Source: an uncultured Phycisphaerales bacterium (lineage in GTDB: Bacteria; Planctomycetota; Phycisphaerae; Phycisphaerales; SM1A02). From it: a stretch of 49,206 bases of DNA. A program made the translations under genes and the position numbers. Below, in pieces: positions 1 through 8,267 of this stretch. Numbering within the stretch: position 1 is the first letter of the stretch; the number at the start of each line of letters is the position of its first letter. The notes under the pieces are model-generated. The model was not told the origin of the DNA. It searched no databases and saw nothing but the letters and a program-made list of their open reading frames with translations. The stretch spans positions 1 through 49,206 of the forward strand of contig CALKEP010000029.1 in the NCBI GenBank assembly GCA_938084645.1. Reading direction: 5' to 3'.

Positions 1-28
1 GAGGATGACGGCGTCCGGCCGTTCCGCC

Positions 29-508
29 TCAGACCTGCATTCCGGTGACGGTGACCTCGAAGGTGAGGTTGCCTCGGACGAACCCCTGGCAGCGGCTGAC
101 GAAGCGTCGGCGATTCCGCGACATGCTCTTCGCGAGCAACACGAGGCGGTCGCCGGGCACGACCACGCCTCGGAACGCGCAGTCATCGCACCGCGTGAAT
201 CCAAGGAACGAACTCTCGCTCAACGGTGACCCCTTGATGTGGATGAAACTCGCGAGCTGGGCCGCGGCTTCGATCATCAGGACGCCCGGAAGCAGGGGGC
301 GGCCGGGAATGTGACCGGGAACCCAGAACTCATCGTCTCGGACATCGCGCCAGCCCACGCCCTCGGCGAAATCATCCGTCCACGTGGCGACACCATCGAT
401 CTGGATCATGTCGCCTCGATGCGGATTGATCGCTTTGACGGCCTCGAGATCCGCCATCGGATGCTCGAAATCGACTTGGTCGTAGGAGAAGAGCGGTTCG
501 GCAGGCAA
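29..508 (-). CDS. fabZ: 3-hydroxyacyl-ACP dehydratase, FabZ/FabA hot-dog family
   Basis: Motifs INPHRG..IQID and EFWVPGHIPGRPLLPGVLMIEAAAQL, FRGVVVPGDRL. Start placed at TTG 508 (LPAEPLF), uncertain; alternative ATG at MADLEAV. Confidence 0.85.
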   Translation of the reverse strand: MPAEPLFSYDQVDFEHPMADLEAVKAINPHRGDMIQIDGVATWTDDFAEGVGWRDVRDDEFWVPGHIPGRPLLPGVLMIEAAAQLASFIHIKGSPLSESSFLGFTRCDDCAFRGVVVPGDRLVLLAKSMSRNRRRFVSRCQGFVRGNLTFEVTVTGMQV

Positions 509-620
509 GGGATGGTTCCGTGCTGGAGAGGGAGAAGGCCGTACGGTAGTCGATTGCCACGGACGCCGAATGCTTGCAAAGGCTCCGGACCGGCTTCCCG
601 CCGCGGCGGATGCGATGCCG

Positions 621-657
621 CAAAAACGAGGCCGCGGCCCTGAAACGGGGCCGCGGT
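621..657 (-). terminator. Probable intrinsic terminator downstream of the Hc1-like gene
   Basis: 9-bp GC stem CCGCGGCCC/GGGCCGCGG (632-656) followed on the minus strand by CCTCGTTTTT. Confidence 0.55.
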
Positions 658-718
658 GATCTCGCACTGATGATCCTGCGATCGAAACGCCGGCCCGTCA
701 CGCGGGCCGCGGTCGATC

Positions 719-889
719 TCAATCCTTCTGGGCGGTGAGGATGTCTGCACGAAGCTGCTTCGCAGCTTCTCGAACTTCCTGCATGACCTTCCGGACCCGG
801 GTGCCGGCGGCCTTGTTGCCGCCTGCGGCCTTCTGAACGTCATCGTGGCATGAATCGATCAATTGCCGAAGGTTTTCATAGGCTTGCAT
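719..889 (-). CDS. Histone H1-like protein, Hc1 family N-terminal domain (56 aa)
   Basis: MQAYENLRQLIDSCHDDVQKAAGGNKAAGTRVRKVMQEVREAAKQLR carries the GNKAAGTRxRK signature of Hc1-like proteins. Confidence 0.8.
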   Translation of the reverse strand: MQAYENLRQLIDSCHDDVQKAAGGNKAAGTRVRKVMQEVREAAKQLRADILTAQKD

Positions 890-1178
890 GCGATGCGCTC
901 CTTGCAGTCTGTGTCGCGGTGGCGGGGGCTTCTTCGGAAGATCCCGACCCTCCGACGGGGCGTTGCGTTCCAATGTAGGGGGTTCATCGGAAGAATGCTG
1001 GATTCAAGGCCAGTAACGGCGATTTTATGATTTCGTGATCAGAAAATCAGATCCATCCGTAGCGTGCGGGCTCGCCGGAATCTTGATGAGATGGGGGCCG
1101 ATGCGCTCAGGATCGCGGATTTTAGGCCCATGATCGCGTTTGAATGCGTCGGCGGCCGTGCTCTGGGGCAACTTGGCT

Positions 1179-2642
1179 TCAGACTCGGAGGTCCGCCTTT
1201 TTGTTGATCTCGTTCTCGTAGCGGCGGCGCATCGGCGCGATGCAGGTCTCGACGAAGGTGTCGACCTGGGTGGGGGCGAGCCCGATGAACCGTTTGGGAT
1301 CCATCAGATCGTCGATCGGTACGGCCGCGAATTCCGGCGTCTTTCGGAGACGTTCGAGCAGATCGTTGTCCTGGCCCTCGTGCTTGATGCGGCTGGCGGC
1401 TTCCATGCTCGCGACTCGAATCACTTCGTGGAGCTGCTGACGATCTCCTCCGCGTTTCGCGGCCTCCAGCATCAGGTCCTCGGTCGCCATGAAGGGGAGT
1501 TCCGCGGCGAGATGGGCTTCGACCACTCGTTCGTGCACCACGAGCCCGCTGGTCACGTTCTCCATGATGTCCAAGGCCCCGTCGAGGGCGAGGAAGGCTT
1601 CGGGAATGCTCAGTCGTCGATTGGACGAGTCGTCGAGCGTTCGTTCGAACCACTGGGCCGCGGCGGTATCGAGCCCGTTCCCGACCAGGTTCATCACGAA
1701 CCGAGAAAGTCCCGTCGCCCGCTCGCATCGCATCGGATTTCGCTTGTAAGCCATCGCGCTCGAGCCGATCTGGTTGGCCTCGAAGGGCTCTTCGACCTCC
1801 TTGAGATTGGCGAGCAGCCGGAGATCGTTGCAGCACTTGTGAATCGCGGCGGCCACGAGGGCGAGTGCGTTCAGCAGGCGGGCGTCCGCGAGTCGCGGAT
1901 AGGTCTGGCCGCTCACCGCCCAGGTGGCATCGGCAGGCCAGTCCAGCCGCTCGGCCACCAGGCGTTCCAATCGAGCCACTTTCTCGGGATCCCGATCGAG
2001 GAGTCCCAGGAACGACGCCTGCGTGCCCGTGGCGCCGCGCATGCCCCGCAGTCGGAGGCCGTCTCGGACGCGCTCGATCTCCTCCAGGCCGATCAGCAGG
2101 TCCTGGGCCCAGAGGGTCGCCCGCTTCCCGACGGTCGTCGGTTGGGCAGGCTGGTAGTGCGTGAATCCCAGCGTCGGCAGATCCCGATGCGTCGAGGCGA
2201 AGTGCCCCAGTCGATCGATGACGCTGGCGATCTTGCCGGCCGTGAGCTCGAGCGCATCCCGCTGGATCAGCAGATCCGCGTTGCAGACCACGTCCTGACT
2301 CGTGGCGCCGAGATGAATGATCCCGGCGGCCTCGGGGACCAGGTCTCCGAAGGTGTGCACGTGTGCCATGACATCGTGCCGCAGGTTTCGCTCGTGGGCC
2401 GCCGCCGCGTCGAAGTCGATGTCGTCCACCGCGCGTTCGAGGGCCTCGAGCTGGGAGGCGTCGATCGGCAGCCCGAGTTCCTGCTGCGCCTTGGCGAGCG
2501 CCACCCAGATTCGGCGCCAATATCCGAACTTCCGCCTGCTGGAGAAGATCCCGCGCATCTCGACGGAGGCATTTCGTGATTCCAGCGGGGACCGATAGCC
2601 GCCATGAACGTCCGAAACCATGTTCTTGTCCTCGGAATGCAT
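1179..2642 (-). CDS. purB: Adenylosuccinate lyase
   Basis: RHDVMAH, IHLGATSQD, GFTHYQPAQPTT, fumarase-family signature GSSAMAYKRNPMRCER, QWFERTLDDS. Start could be 2621. Confidence 0.96.
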   Translation of the reverse strand: MHSEDKNMVSDVHGGYRSPLESRNASVEMRGIFSSRRKFGYWRRIWVALAKAQQELGLPIDASQLEALERAVDDIDFDAAAAHERNLRHDVMAHVHTFGDLVPEAAGIIHLGATSQDVVCNADLLIQRDALELTAGKIASVIDRLGHFASTHRDLPTLGFTHYQPAQPTTVGKRATLWAQDLLIGLEEIERVRDGLRLRGMRGATGTQASFLGLLDRDPEKVARLERLVAERLDWPADATWAVSGQTYPRLADARLLNALALVAAAIHKCCNDLRLLANLKEVEEPFEANQIGSSAMAYKRNPMRCERATGLSRFVMNLVGNGLDTAAAQWFERTLDDSSNRRLSIPEAFLALDGALDIMENVTSGLVVHERVVEAHLAAELPFMATEDLMLEAAKRGGDRQQLHEVIRVASMEAASRIKHEGQDNDLLERLRKTPEFAAVPIDDLMDPKRFIGLAPTQVDTFVETCIAPMRRRYENEINKKADLRV

Positions 2643-2976
2643 CTTGTTGTTCGTTTCCCTGCGAATTTGGAACTAGACTCGGAAGGCTTCCGAACACGAT
2701 GCTATCTCCCCCCGTGATCTCTGGGGTGTTGGCATCCATGGGTGTCGCCCGGGTGGAAGCCGATGCGTCCTTTTCGCATCTCAAGCAGTGAAGGCATCCA
2801 GATCCGATTTGTGAGACGATCCGGAAGAACCGAAGAACCGACGTCCCGTCCAGAGTCAGTGGGTTTCCATGGCCGAGCCAGCGCGAAAAAAGGCAACTGA
2901 GCAGGCTTCGTCGCCGACGAGCCGTCCTACCCGCCCCGGGATCATCGGGAACAACGCGAGTGGTACGCATGCGGCG

Positions 2977-3594
2977 ATGGATCCGGATCCAAGCCGATCC
3001 GGCGTCCTCGGCGCCGTTCGCACCGACGATCCCATCGCCGATCCTGATCAGGAGTTGATCGAGGCGTGGCGCAATGGGTCCGAAGCAGCCCTCGACACCC
3101 TCTTCGAGCGGTCACAGGGTCGAATCTACGGCCTGTGCCTGCGAATGCTCGGTCGTCCGGAGGCCGCAGCCGACGTCGCGCAGGACGCCATGATGCGAAT
3201 GTACGAGGGACTCCCCCGATTCGACGGACGGGCCCGATTCAGCACCTGGAGCGTGCGGGTCACGCTCAACTGCGTGTATTCGCATCTCCGACGCGAGAAA
3301 CTTCGACGTCATGCGAGGCTCCCGGAAGGAGATTCGGGATTTGAGCTCCGAAGCAGGGAACCGGAGCCGACGACTCGCATCGAATCCAATGACCTCCACC
3401 GAGCAGTCGTGGCGGGACTCGGCCTCCTGGATCTCCAGGCACGGGCCATTCTGGTCCTTCGGGACCTTCAGGGTCTCGACTACGGGGATATCGCGGAGGT
3501 GCTCGGAACGCCGATCGGCACGGTGAAGAGCCGACTGTTCCGAGCCCGGGCCGCGCTTCGCGAGGCCCTCGGACGCATGGGCCACGTCGGCTGA
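2977..3594 (+). CDS. ECF-family RNA polymerase sigma-70 factor
   Basis: Region 2 (DVAQDAMMRMYEGLPRFDGRARFSTWSVRVTLN) and region 4 (LVLRDLQGLDYGDIAEVLGTPIGTVKSRLFRAR). Start uncertain; ORF open from 2869. Confidence 0.93.
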   Translation: MDPDPSRSGVLGAVRTDDPIADPDQELIEAWRNGSEAALDTLFERSQGRIYGLCLRMLGRPEAAADVAQDAMMRMYEGLPRFDGRARFSTWSVRVTLNCVYSHLRREKLRRHARLPEGDSGFELRSREPEPTTRIESNDLHRAVVAGLGLLDLQARAILVLRDLQGLDYGDIAEVLGTPIGTVKSRLFRARAALREALGRMGHVG

Positions 3595-3865
3595 CCGACG
3601 AACCGCCCCGAGTTCGGGGCACCCCTCCAATCAGAAGTGCGGTACGCCGGTTGCCCCGATCCCGTGCGATCATGGATCGTCGGGCGCGGGGATTCGATGT
3701 TCGTCCCCGGAGGCCGGCGCCCGCCGGCAGGGGTCGGGAGTGGGGCCGAGGTCGGTCGGAACGTGCTGGAGATGGCGTTGGGAAGGTATCTGGCGATATG
3801 GTCTGCGTGAGAGACGAGCCGATCCAAATGGAGCGACGTTCCGAGCAGGCTGGCCTTGCTCGGAT

Positions 3866-3930
3866 GGATCTCGAAGGTGGATCTCGAGGATTGATCTCGA
3901 AGATGGATCTCGAGGGTGGAACTCGAAGAC
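3866..3930 (+). repeat. Intergenic tandem repeat, 5 x 13 bp, consensus GGATCTCGARGRT
   Basis: Units GGATCTCGAAGGT, GGATCTCGAGGAT, TGATCTCGAAGAT, GGATCTCGAGGGT, GGAACTCGAAGAC read directly. Confidence 0.9.
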
Positions 3931-3952
3931 GACGAACAGGTGATGACCGCTG

Positions 3953-5203
3953 ATGACACCCGATGATCTCGACAACTTCGATTCGGACTCCGATCCGGCC
4001 ATCGAGGCGCTCGGATTCGGTGGCCTCGAGACCGACGACCTGCTTCGCTTCATCGAAGGTGAGATGGCACCGGAGGAATCCGAGTCGTTTCTCGAGTCGG
4101 TGCGGGACGGTGACGCCGACGCCGCGGCCAGACTCGTTCGAATGCGACGTGATCACGAACTCATGCGGTCCGCGGCGTCGACGTCGGCCGGGCCGGACCT
4201 GCTCGCGCCGCTCCGGGCTCGGATCGCCCGAGGCGAGTTGATCGGCGACGGGCTTCTCAACCAGGTGAACCACGAAGGCATCGAACCGACCGACATGATG
4301 TCCAAGTCGGTCGAGGAACTCGCCCGCCGACGCCGATGGAACCGCCGACGTCCGTTGATTCAGGTCGCCGCCGGAATCGCGGTCGCCGCGATGGCGGGTG
4401 TCGTGGTCGTCCAGGTGATCGAACGGGTCGACTGGAGCGGCATCGACCCCCTGGCCTGGCTGCCGACCGAGATCGATTCCCCGGAGTCGATTCCTTCGGA
4501 GTCGAGGCCGGTTCCCGAAGTCGCGTCGCCGCGGCTCGCACTCGCCGGAGACGCCTCGAACGTGGCCGACGCCACCGGTACGACCGTCGATTCGCCGAAG
4601 AAGGGGACGCCGTCCCTCGAAGCGCCCGATCCTGGAAACATCGGTCTCGCCTCGTTCGGCGTGGCGCTCGCGTGGGACGCGCAGGACGACACCTTCGAGG
4701 TCCGGCTCGCATCGCTCGCCCTCGAGATGGACGCGGTTCTGGTCCGAAACCTCACCTTGATCGAAAGCGTCGGGGCCTCCGGCCGCGGGCTCGCCGCCGG
4801 TCTCGCTCGCGCCGCCGACGCGACGGGGTCCGACCCGCGGGCTGGTCGCGGACGCGATCTCCAGCCCTCGCCGATCGTCGGGATGATCGATGACGCCCCC
4901 GAAACCCGTGTACGGATCGACCTTGCGGAGCGAGGCTTCCGCTACGCCCTCGTGATTCCTCGTGGCGAGGTCGCGAACGTGATCGCTCGGATGAGCACCT
5001 TCGGGGCCCGCGGCGCCGGCGCCGCGACCCGGCTCGTGCCCGCCGATACCGATCGACCGGGTGCCGCCTTCGAGGCCGATGCGTGGGCGAGCTGGTCTCG
5101 TCATGCAGAGGCCGCGCCGGCCGCCTCGATGAACGCCGGGTCCCTGGTCGTGCCGATCGCGGTGGTCGACACCGCAGCGCTCGGCGACCGATCCGCGAAC
5201 TGA
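3953..5203 (+). CDS. Putative membrane-anchored anti-sigma factor
   Basis: Follows the ECF sigma; N-terminal LLRFIEGEMAPEESESFLESV resembles anti-sigma domains; basic stretch then one TM helix (LIQVAAGIAVAAMAGVVVVQVI) and an unrecognised C-terminal domain. Confidence 0.65.
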   Translation: MTPDDLDNFDSDSDPAIEALGFGGLETDDLLRFIEGEMAPEESESFLESVRDGDADAAARLVRMRRDHELMRSAASTSAGPDLLAPLRARIARGELIGDGLLNQVNHEGIEPTDMMSKSVEELARRRRWNRRRPLIQVAAGIAVAAMAGVVVVQVIERVDWSGIDPLAWLPTEIDSPESIPSESRPVPEVASPRLALAGDASNVADATGTTVDSPKKGTPSLEAPDPGNIGLASFGVALAWDAQDDTFEVRLASLALEMDAVLVRNLTLIESVGASGRGLAAGLARAADATGSDPRAGRGRDLQPSPIVGMIDDAPETRVRIDLAERGFRYALVIPRGEVANVIARMSTFGARGAGAATRLVPADTDRPGAAFEADAWASWSRHAEAAPAASMNAGSLVVPIAVVDTAALGDRSAN

Positions 5204-5244
5204 TACCGATCTTCATCGGGGCGGGCACGCGGGTGACGTCGCCG

Positions 5245-5943
5245 TCACTTCGAGGCGTCGTCCCGGACGGAGCCGTCCACCTTCGGCTCGGATCCCGCGC
5301 GGATGCGAACGAGGTTCTTCCGGTGTCGGAAGACCACGAAGGCCGCGATGAGTCCGGTCACGACCAGATAGGGAACCGATCGGCCGAGCGATTCGCCTTC
5401 ACCCGCGATCGACATGGCGATCACCGTCGCGGGAAGCACGATCGCGCCGGCCATGCTGGCCAGCGACATGAGCCGCGTGAGACCGAGGGTGATTCCCCAG
5501 ACCACGAACGCCGCGAGGGCGGGAACCGTGAGGACCGGCCACATCGCCAGCACCGCGCCGAACCCGGTCGCGACACCCTTGCCCCCTCGAAAGCCGATCC
5601 AGGGTGAGAAGCAGTGTCCGAGGATCGCCGACACGGCGACCAGCAGCCAGCCCCAGGCGGCGGCGTTCGTGGTCGACGTCCCGCCGAGGAGCCCGGCGAG
5701 CCATCCGGCCACCAGGACCGGCACCGCGCCCTTCAGGGCGTCGAGAAAGAAGCAGAGAATGCCGAATCGTCGACCGAGGACGCGGCCGACGTTCGTCGCC
5801 CCGGGGTTTCCAGAACCTTCCTTGCGAATGTCGACGCCCCGGCGACGGGCGATGAGGACCCCGAAGGGAAGGCTGCCGGCGAGAAAGGCGATCGCGGCGC
5901 AGGTCCACCAGTACCAACCGAAGTCTTGTGCGGCCTGAATCAT
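5245..5943 (-). CDS. plsY: Glycerol-3-phosphate acyltransferase PlsY
   Basis: GSLPFG, DIRKEGSGNPGATNVGR, DALKG, GHCFSPWIGFRGGKGVAT, HRKNLVRI; multiple TM segments. Confidence 0.95.
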   Translation of the reverse strand: MIQAAQDFGWYWWTCAAIAFLAGSLPFGVLIARRRGVDIRKEGSGNPGATNVGRVLGRRFGILCFFLDALKGAVPVLVAGWLAGLLGGTSTTNAAAWGWLLVAVSAILGHCFSPWIGFRGGKGVATGFGAVLAMWPVLTVPALAAFVVWGITLGLTRLMSLASMAGAIVLPATVIAMSIAGEGESLGRSVPYLVVTGLIAAFVVFRHRKNLVRIRAGSEPKVDGSVRDDASK

Positions 5944-7010
5944 GGCGACGACGATACCTCGTTCCGGGATGCGGGCTCGTCGATCGCGTCCCGGACCGCA
6001 TGCAGCACGTCCGACACCGGAATTCGATCGACGCCGCATGCCTTCGGATGATCGTCGGCGATGAGATCGCCAGGCAGGAACGGCTGCGCGACGACGATCC
6101 GCTCGGGGGCGCCCGCCAGGGTCGTCCACCGATGATCCGTGGGGCCGAAGATGGCGACGGTCGGAACACCGAGGGCGACCGCGAGGTGGCGCGGACCGGT
6201 GTCGTTGGTGACCATGAAGCGGCATCGCTCGATCACCGCGCGGAGCGCGTCGAGTCCGAGGCCCCTGGCGGCGAGATCGACGACTGCCGGACCCTCGTTC
6301 GCGGAGGCTTCGCCCGCGATGGTCGCGAGCAGATCGGCTTCGTCGGGGCCGCCGAGCAGCAGGACCTGCTCGATGTCAGATGGCAGTCGGCGGGCGAGTT
6401 CCACGAATCGTTCGGTCGGCCATCGTTTCGGGATCTTGCTTCCACCCGCGACGAACGCGACGCAGGGGCCTTCGATCCCCTCGAGCAGCGAATCGGCGGC
6501 GGCCCGTTCGGCGGGGGTCGTCACGAGTCGCGGGAGACGATCATCGATCGTGATTCCGAAGGCGATCGCGGCCAGTGCCGCATAGTCGTCGACGGTCGGG
6601 CGCGGGCCGTCGCTTCGGGGTACGGGGACGGGGTGCGAGAGGAGCGCGCCGCGGCCGTCCCGGGCGTAGCCGATGGTCGGTCGTATCCGCGAGCATCGGG
6701 CGACGAGGCCGGAGCGGAAGCTCCCCCGGAGCAGGAGCATCGCGTCGAAGTCGTGGCGTCGCACTTCTCGGCCCGCCGTGAGCGGACCGAGCAGGCCTCC
6801 GTCGCGAAGCGGAATCGCATCCGCGATCGCGGGATGCCCGTCCAGCATCGCGAGGGTGCCGGGCTTTCCCAGGATCGAGATCGCGACGTGCGGTGCGGCG
6901 GCGTTGATCGCCCTGATGGTGGGTTCGGCCATCACCGCATCGCCGAGCCAGTTCGGCATGAGGATCCCCAGACGCCGGATCGAGCCGAGATCGATGGGGT
7001 CGCCTTTCAA
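5940..7010 (-). CDS. waaF: LPS heptosyltransferase II-like glycosyltransferase, family GT9
   Basis: PNWLGDAVMAEP, KRWPTERF, VTNDTGPRHLAVALGVPTVAIFGPT; TTG start at 7010 overlaps the upstream stop (TTGA). Confidence 0.85.
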   Translation of the reverse strand: MKGDPIDLGSIRRLGILMPNWLGDAVMAEPTIRAINAAAPHVAISILGKPGTLAMLDGHPAIADAIPLRDGGLLGPLTAGREVRRHDFDAMLLLRGSFRSGLVARCSRIRPTIGYARDGRGALLSHPVPVPRSDGPRPTVDDYAALAAIAFGITIDDRLPRLVTTPAERAAADSLLEGIEGPCVAFVAGGSKIPKRWPTERFVELARRLPSDIEQVLLLGGPDEADLLATIAGEASANEGPAVVDLAARGLGLDALRAVIERCRFMVTNDTGPRHLAVALGVPTVAIFGPTDHRWTTLAGAPERIVVAQPFLPGDLIADDHPKACGVDRIPVSDVLHAVRDAIDEPASRNEVSSSP

Positions 7011-7306
7011 GCGTCGGGATCCCGGTCGGTGCTTCCGTCCTGCCAGAGCGGTCCGCCGCCATGATCCCGATGCCAGCGATCCGTCGATCGACGAAGTTCG
7101 GCCAGCAGTCCGATCGCGGTGATGTCGGGTCCACGAACCGCGACCGCCAGCCCGCCGGCTCGCCACTCGATCTCGACGAGGTCGACGCCCGTCCGTTCCG
7201 CGATGCCCCGGGCCGCGGCCACGATCGTCTCCGGGAGGCGGGGATCGTCGAGCTCCGCCTCCGGGTGGGTCGCGAGCGAGGCCCTCGCGATGCCGGAGTC
7301 GCTCAT
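7007..7306 (-). CDS. Small hypothetical protein (99 aa), possible degenerate IS200/Y1 HUH-like fold
   Basis: Overlaps both neighbours by 4 nt (ATGA, TTGA), which supports a real gene; fold assignment is by eye only. Confidence 0.7.
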   Translation of the reverse strand: MSDSGIARASLATHPEAELDDPRLPETIVAAARGIAERTGVDLVEIEWRAGGLAVAVRGPDITAIGLLAELRRSTDRWHRDHGGGPLWQDGSTDRDPDA

Positions 7307-8115
7307 CGTCGCTCCAGCAGCAGGCAGCCGATCGCGGCGAGCATCAAGACGACGGTCACGAGCATCCACGCGAAGAACGTCTGTGGTTCATCAAGGAAGA
7401 TCAGGCCGGCGACGAACGGAAGCGGAGCGACGATCATCAGTCCCGCCCCGATCATGCGGGCGGTTCCCGTGCCTCGGGGGCGGGTGGATTCGTTCAGGTC
7501 CTCGATCGCCCGCCGCAACTGGGCGAGTTCGTTGCTGGCGTCGCCGCGATGCCGCTGGGGTCTTCCCGACGCGAGGACGATGTCGACGGCCTCGGAGAAG
7601 TCGTTCGCGTTCGCGGTGGGGGAGACGTCCTCGTCGGTCTCGCGGCCGCGGCCGATGAGAATCGTGCGGCATCCGGCGGCCGCTCCCGCCTGCACGTCCC
7701 GTGGCTGGTCACCCACCATCCAGCTGCTCTGGAGGTCGATGCCGAGATCCCGGCTTGCCTGGAGCAGCATCCCCGGCTGTGGTTTTCGCCAGGGGTGCTC
7801 CCGGCGGTACCCCTCGACCACCGCGTCCGGGTGGAAGGGGCAGTAGTAGAAGCGGTCGATCAGGCCGCGGCGATCGGCTGCCAGATCCACGAGGCCGGCG
7901 ACTTCCCGATGGACCCGGTCGACGTCCTCCTCTTCGTACCGGCCACGAGCGACCCCGCCCTGGTTCGTCACGACCACGAGGCGGTAGCCGGCGTCGCGAA
8001 GACGCCGAAGGCCCTCGGGGACCCCGTCGAGCAGCGTGACCCGGGCCGGATCGCCGAGGTCGCCGTCGTTGGCGATCAGGGTGTTGTCACGATCGAGAAA
8101 GACCACCGGTTGCAT
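7303..8115 (-). CDS. gmhB: D-glycero-D-manno-heptose 1,7-bisphosphate phosphatase (HAD IIIA) with C-terminal membrane extension
   Basis: VFLDRDNT, VVTNQGGVARG, YYCPFHP, WRKPQPGML, WMVGDQPRDVQAG; two hydrophobic helices at the C terminus. Confidence 0.88.
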   Translation of the reverse strand: MQPVVFLDRDNTLIANDGDLGDPARVTLLDGVPEGLRRLRDAGYRLVVVTNQGGVARGRYEEEDVDRVHREVAGLVDLAADRRGLIDRFYYCPFHPDAVVEGYRREHPWRKPQPGMLLQASRDLGIDLQSSWMVGDQPRDVQAGAAAGCRTILIGRGRETDEDVSPTANANDFSEAVDIVLASGRPQRHRGDASNELAQLRRAIEDLNESTRPRGTGTARMIGAGLMIVAPLPFVAGLIFLDEPQTFFAWMLVTVVLMLAAIGCLLLERR

Positions 8116-8267
8116 GGAGAGGCAGGATATCGCCGCGGCGTCGGGTGCGACCGGTCGAATCGAGGAATCAAGAAACCGATGTCCTCGATCCGCTCCGGAT
8201 AGAGTCCTCCATTCGGTCGACCCGGCCGGTTTCTGGATCTCCCTCAACATGAAAGGGCGCGTTCACA

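Noticed and set aside
661..720. Hammerhead ribozyme-like string CTGATGA...GAAAC...GTC
   Set aside because: Core words are in the right order and a bulged stem III can be drawn, but stem II opens with a T-C mismatch and stem I cannot pair.
2643..2870. Possible purine or ZTP riboswitch upstream of purB
   Set aside because: Only two small hairpins (TCGGAAG/CTTCCGA and GATGCG/CGCATC); no recognisable aptamer consensus on the minus strand.
3866..3930. Tandem repeat as a CRISPR array
   Set aside because: Units are 13 bp, contiguous, with no spacers and no cas genes in the window.
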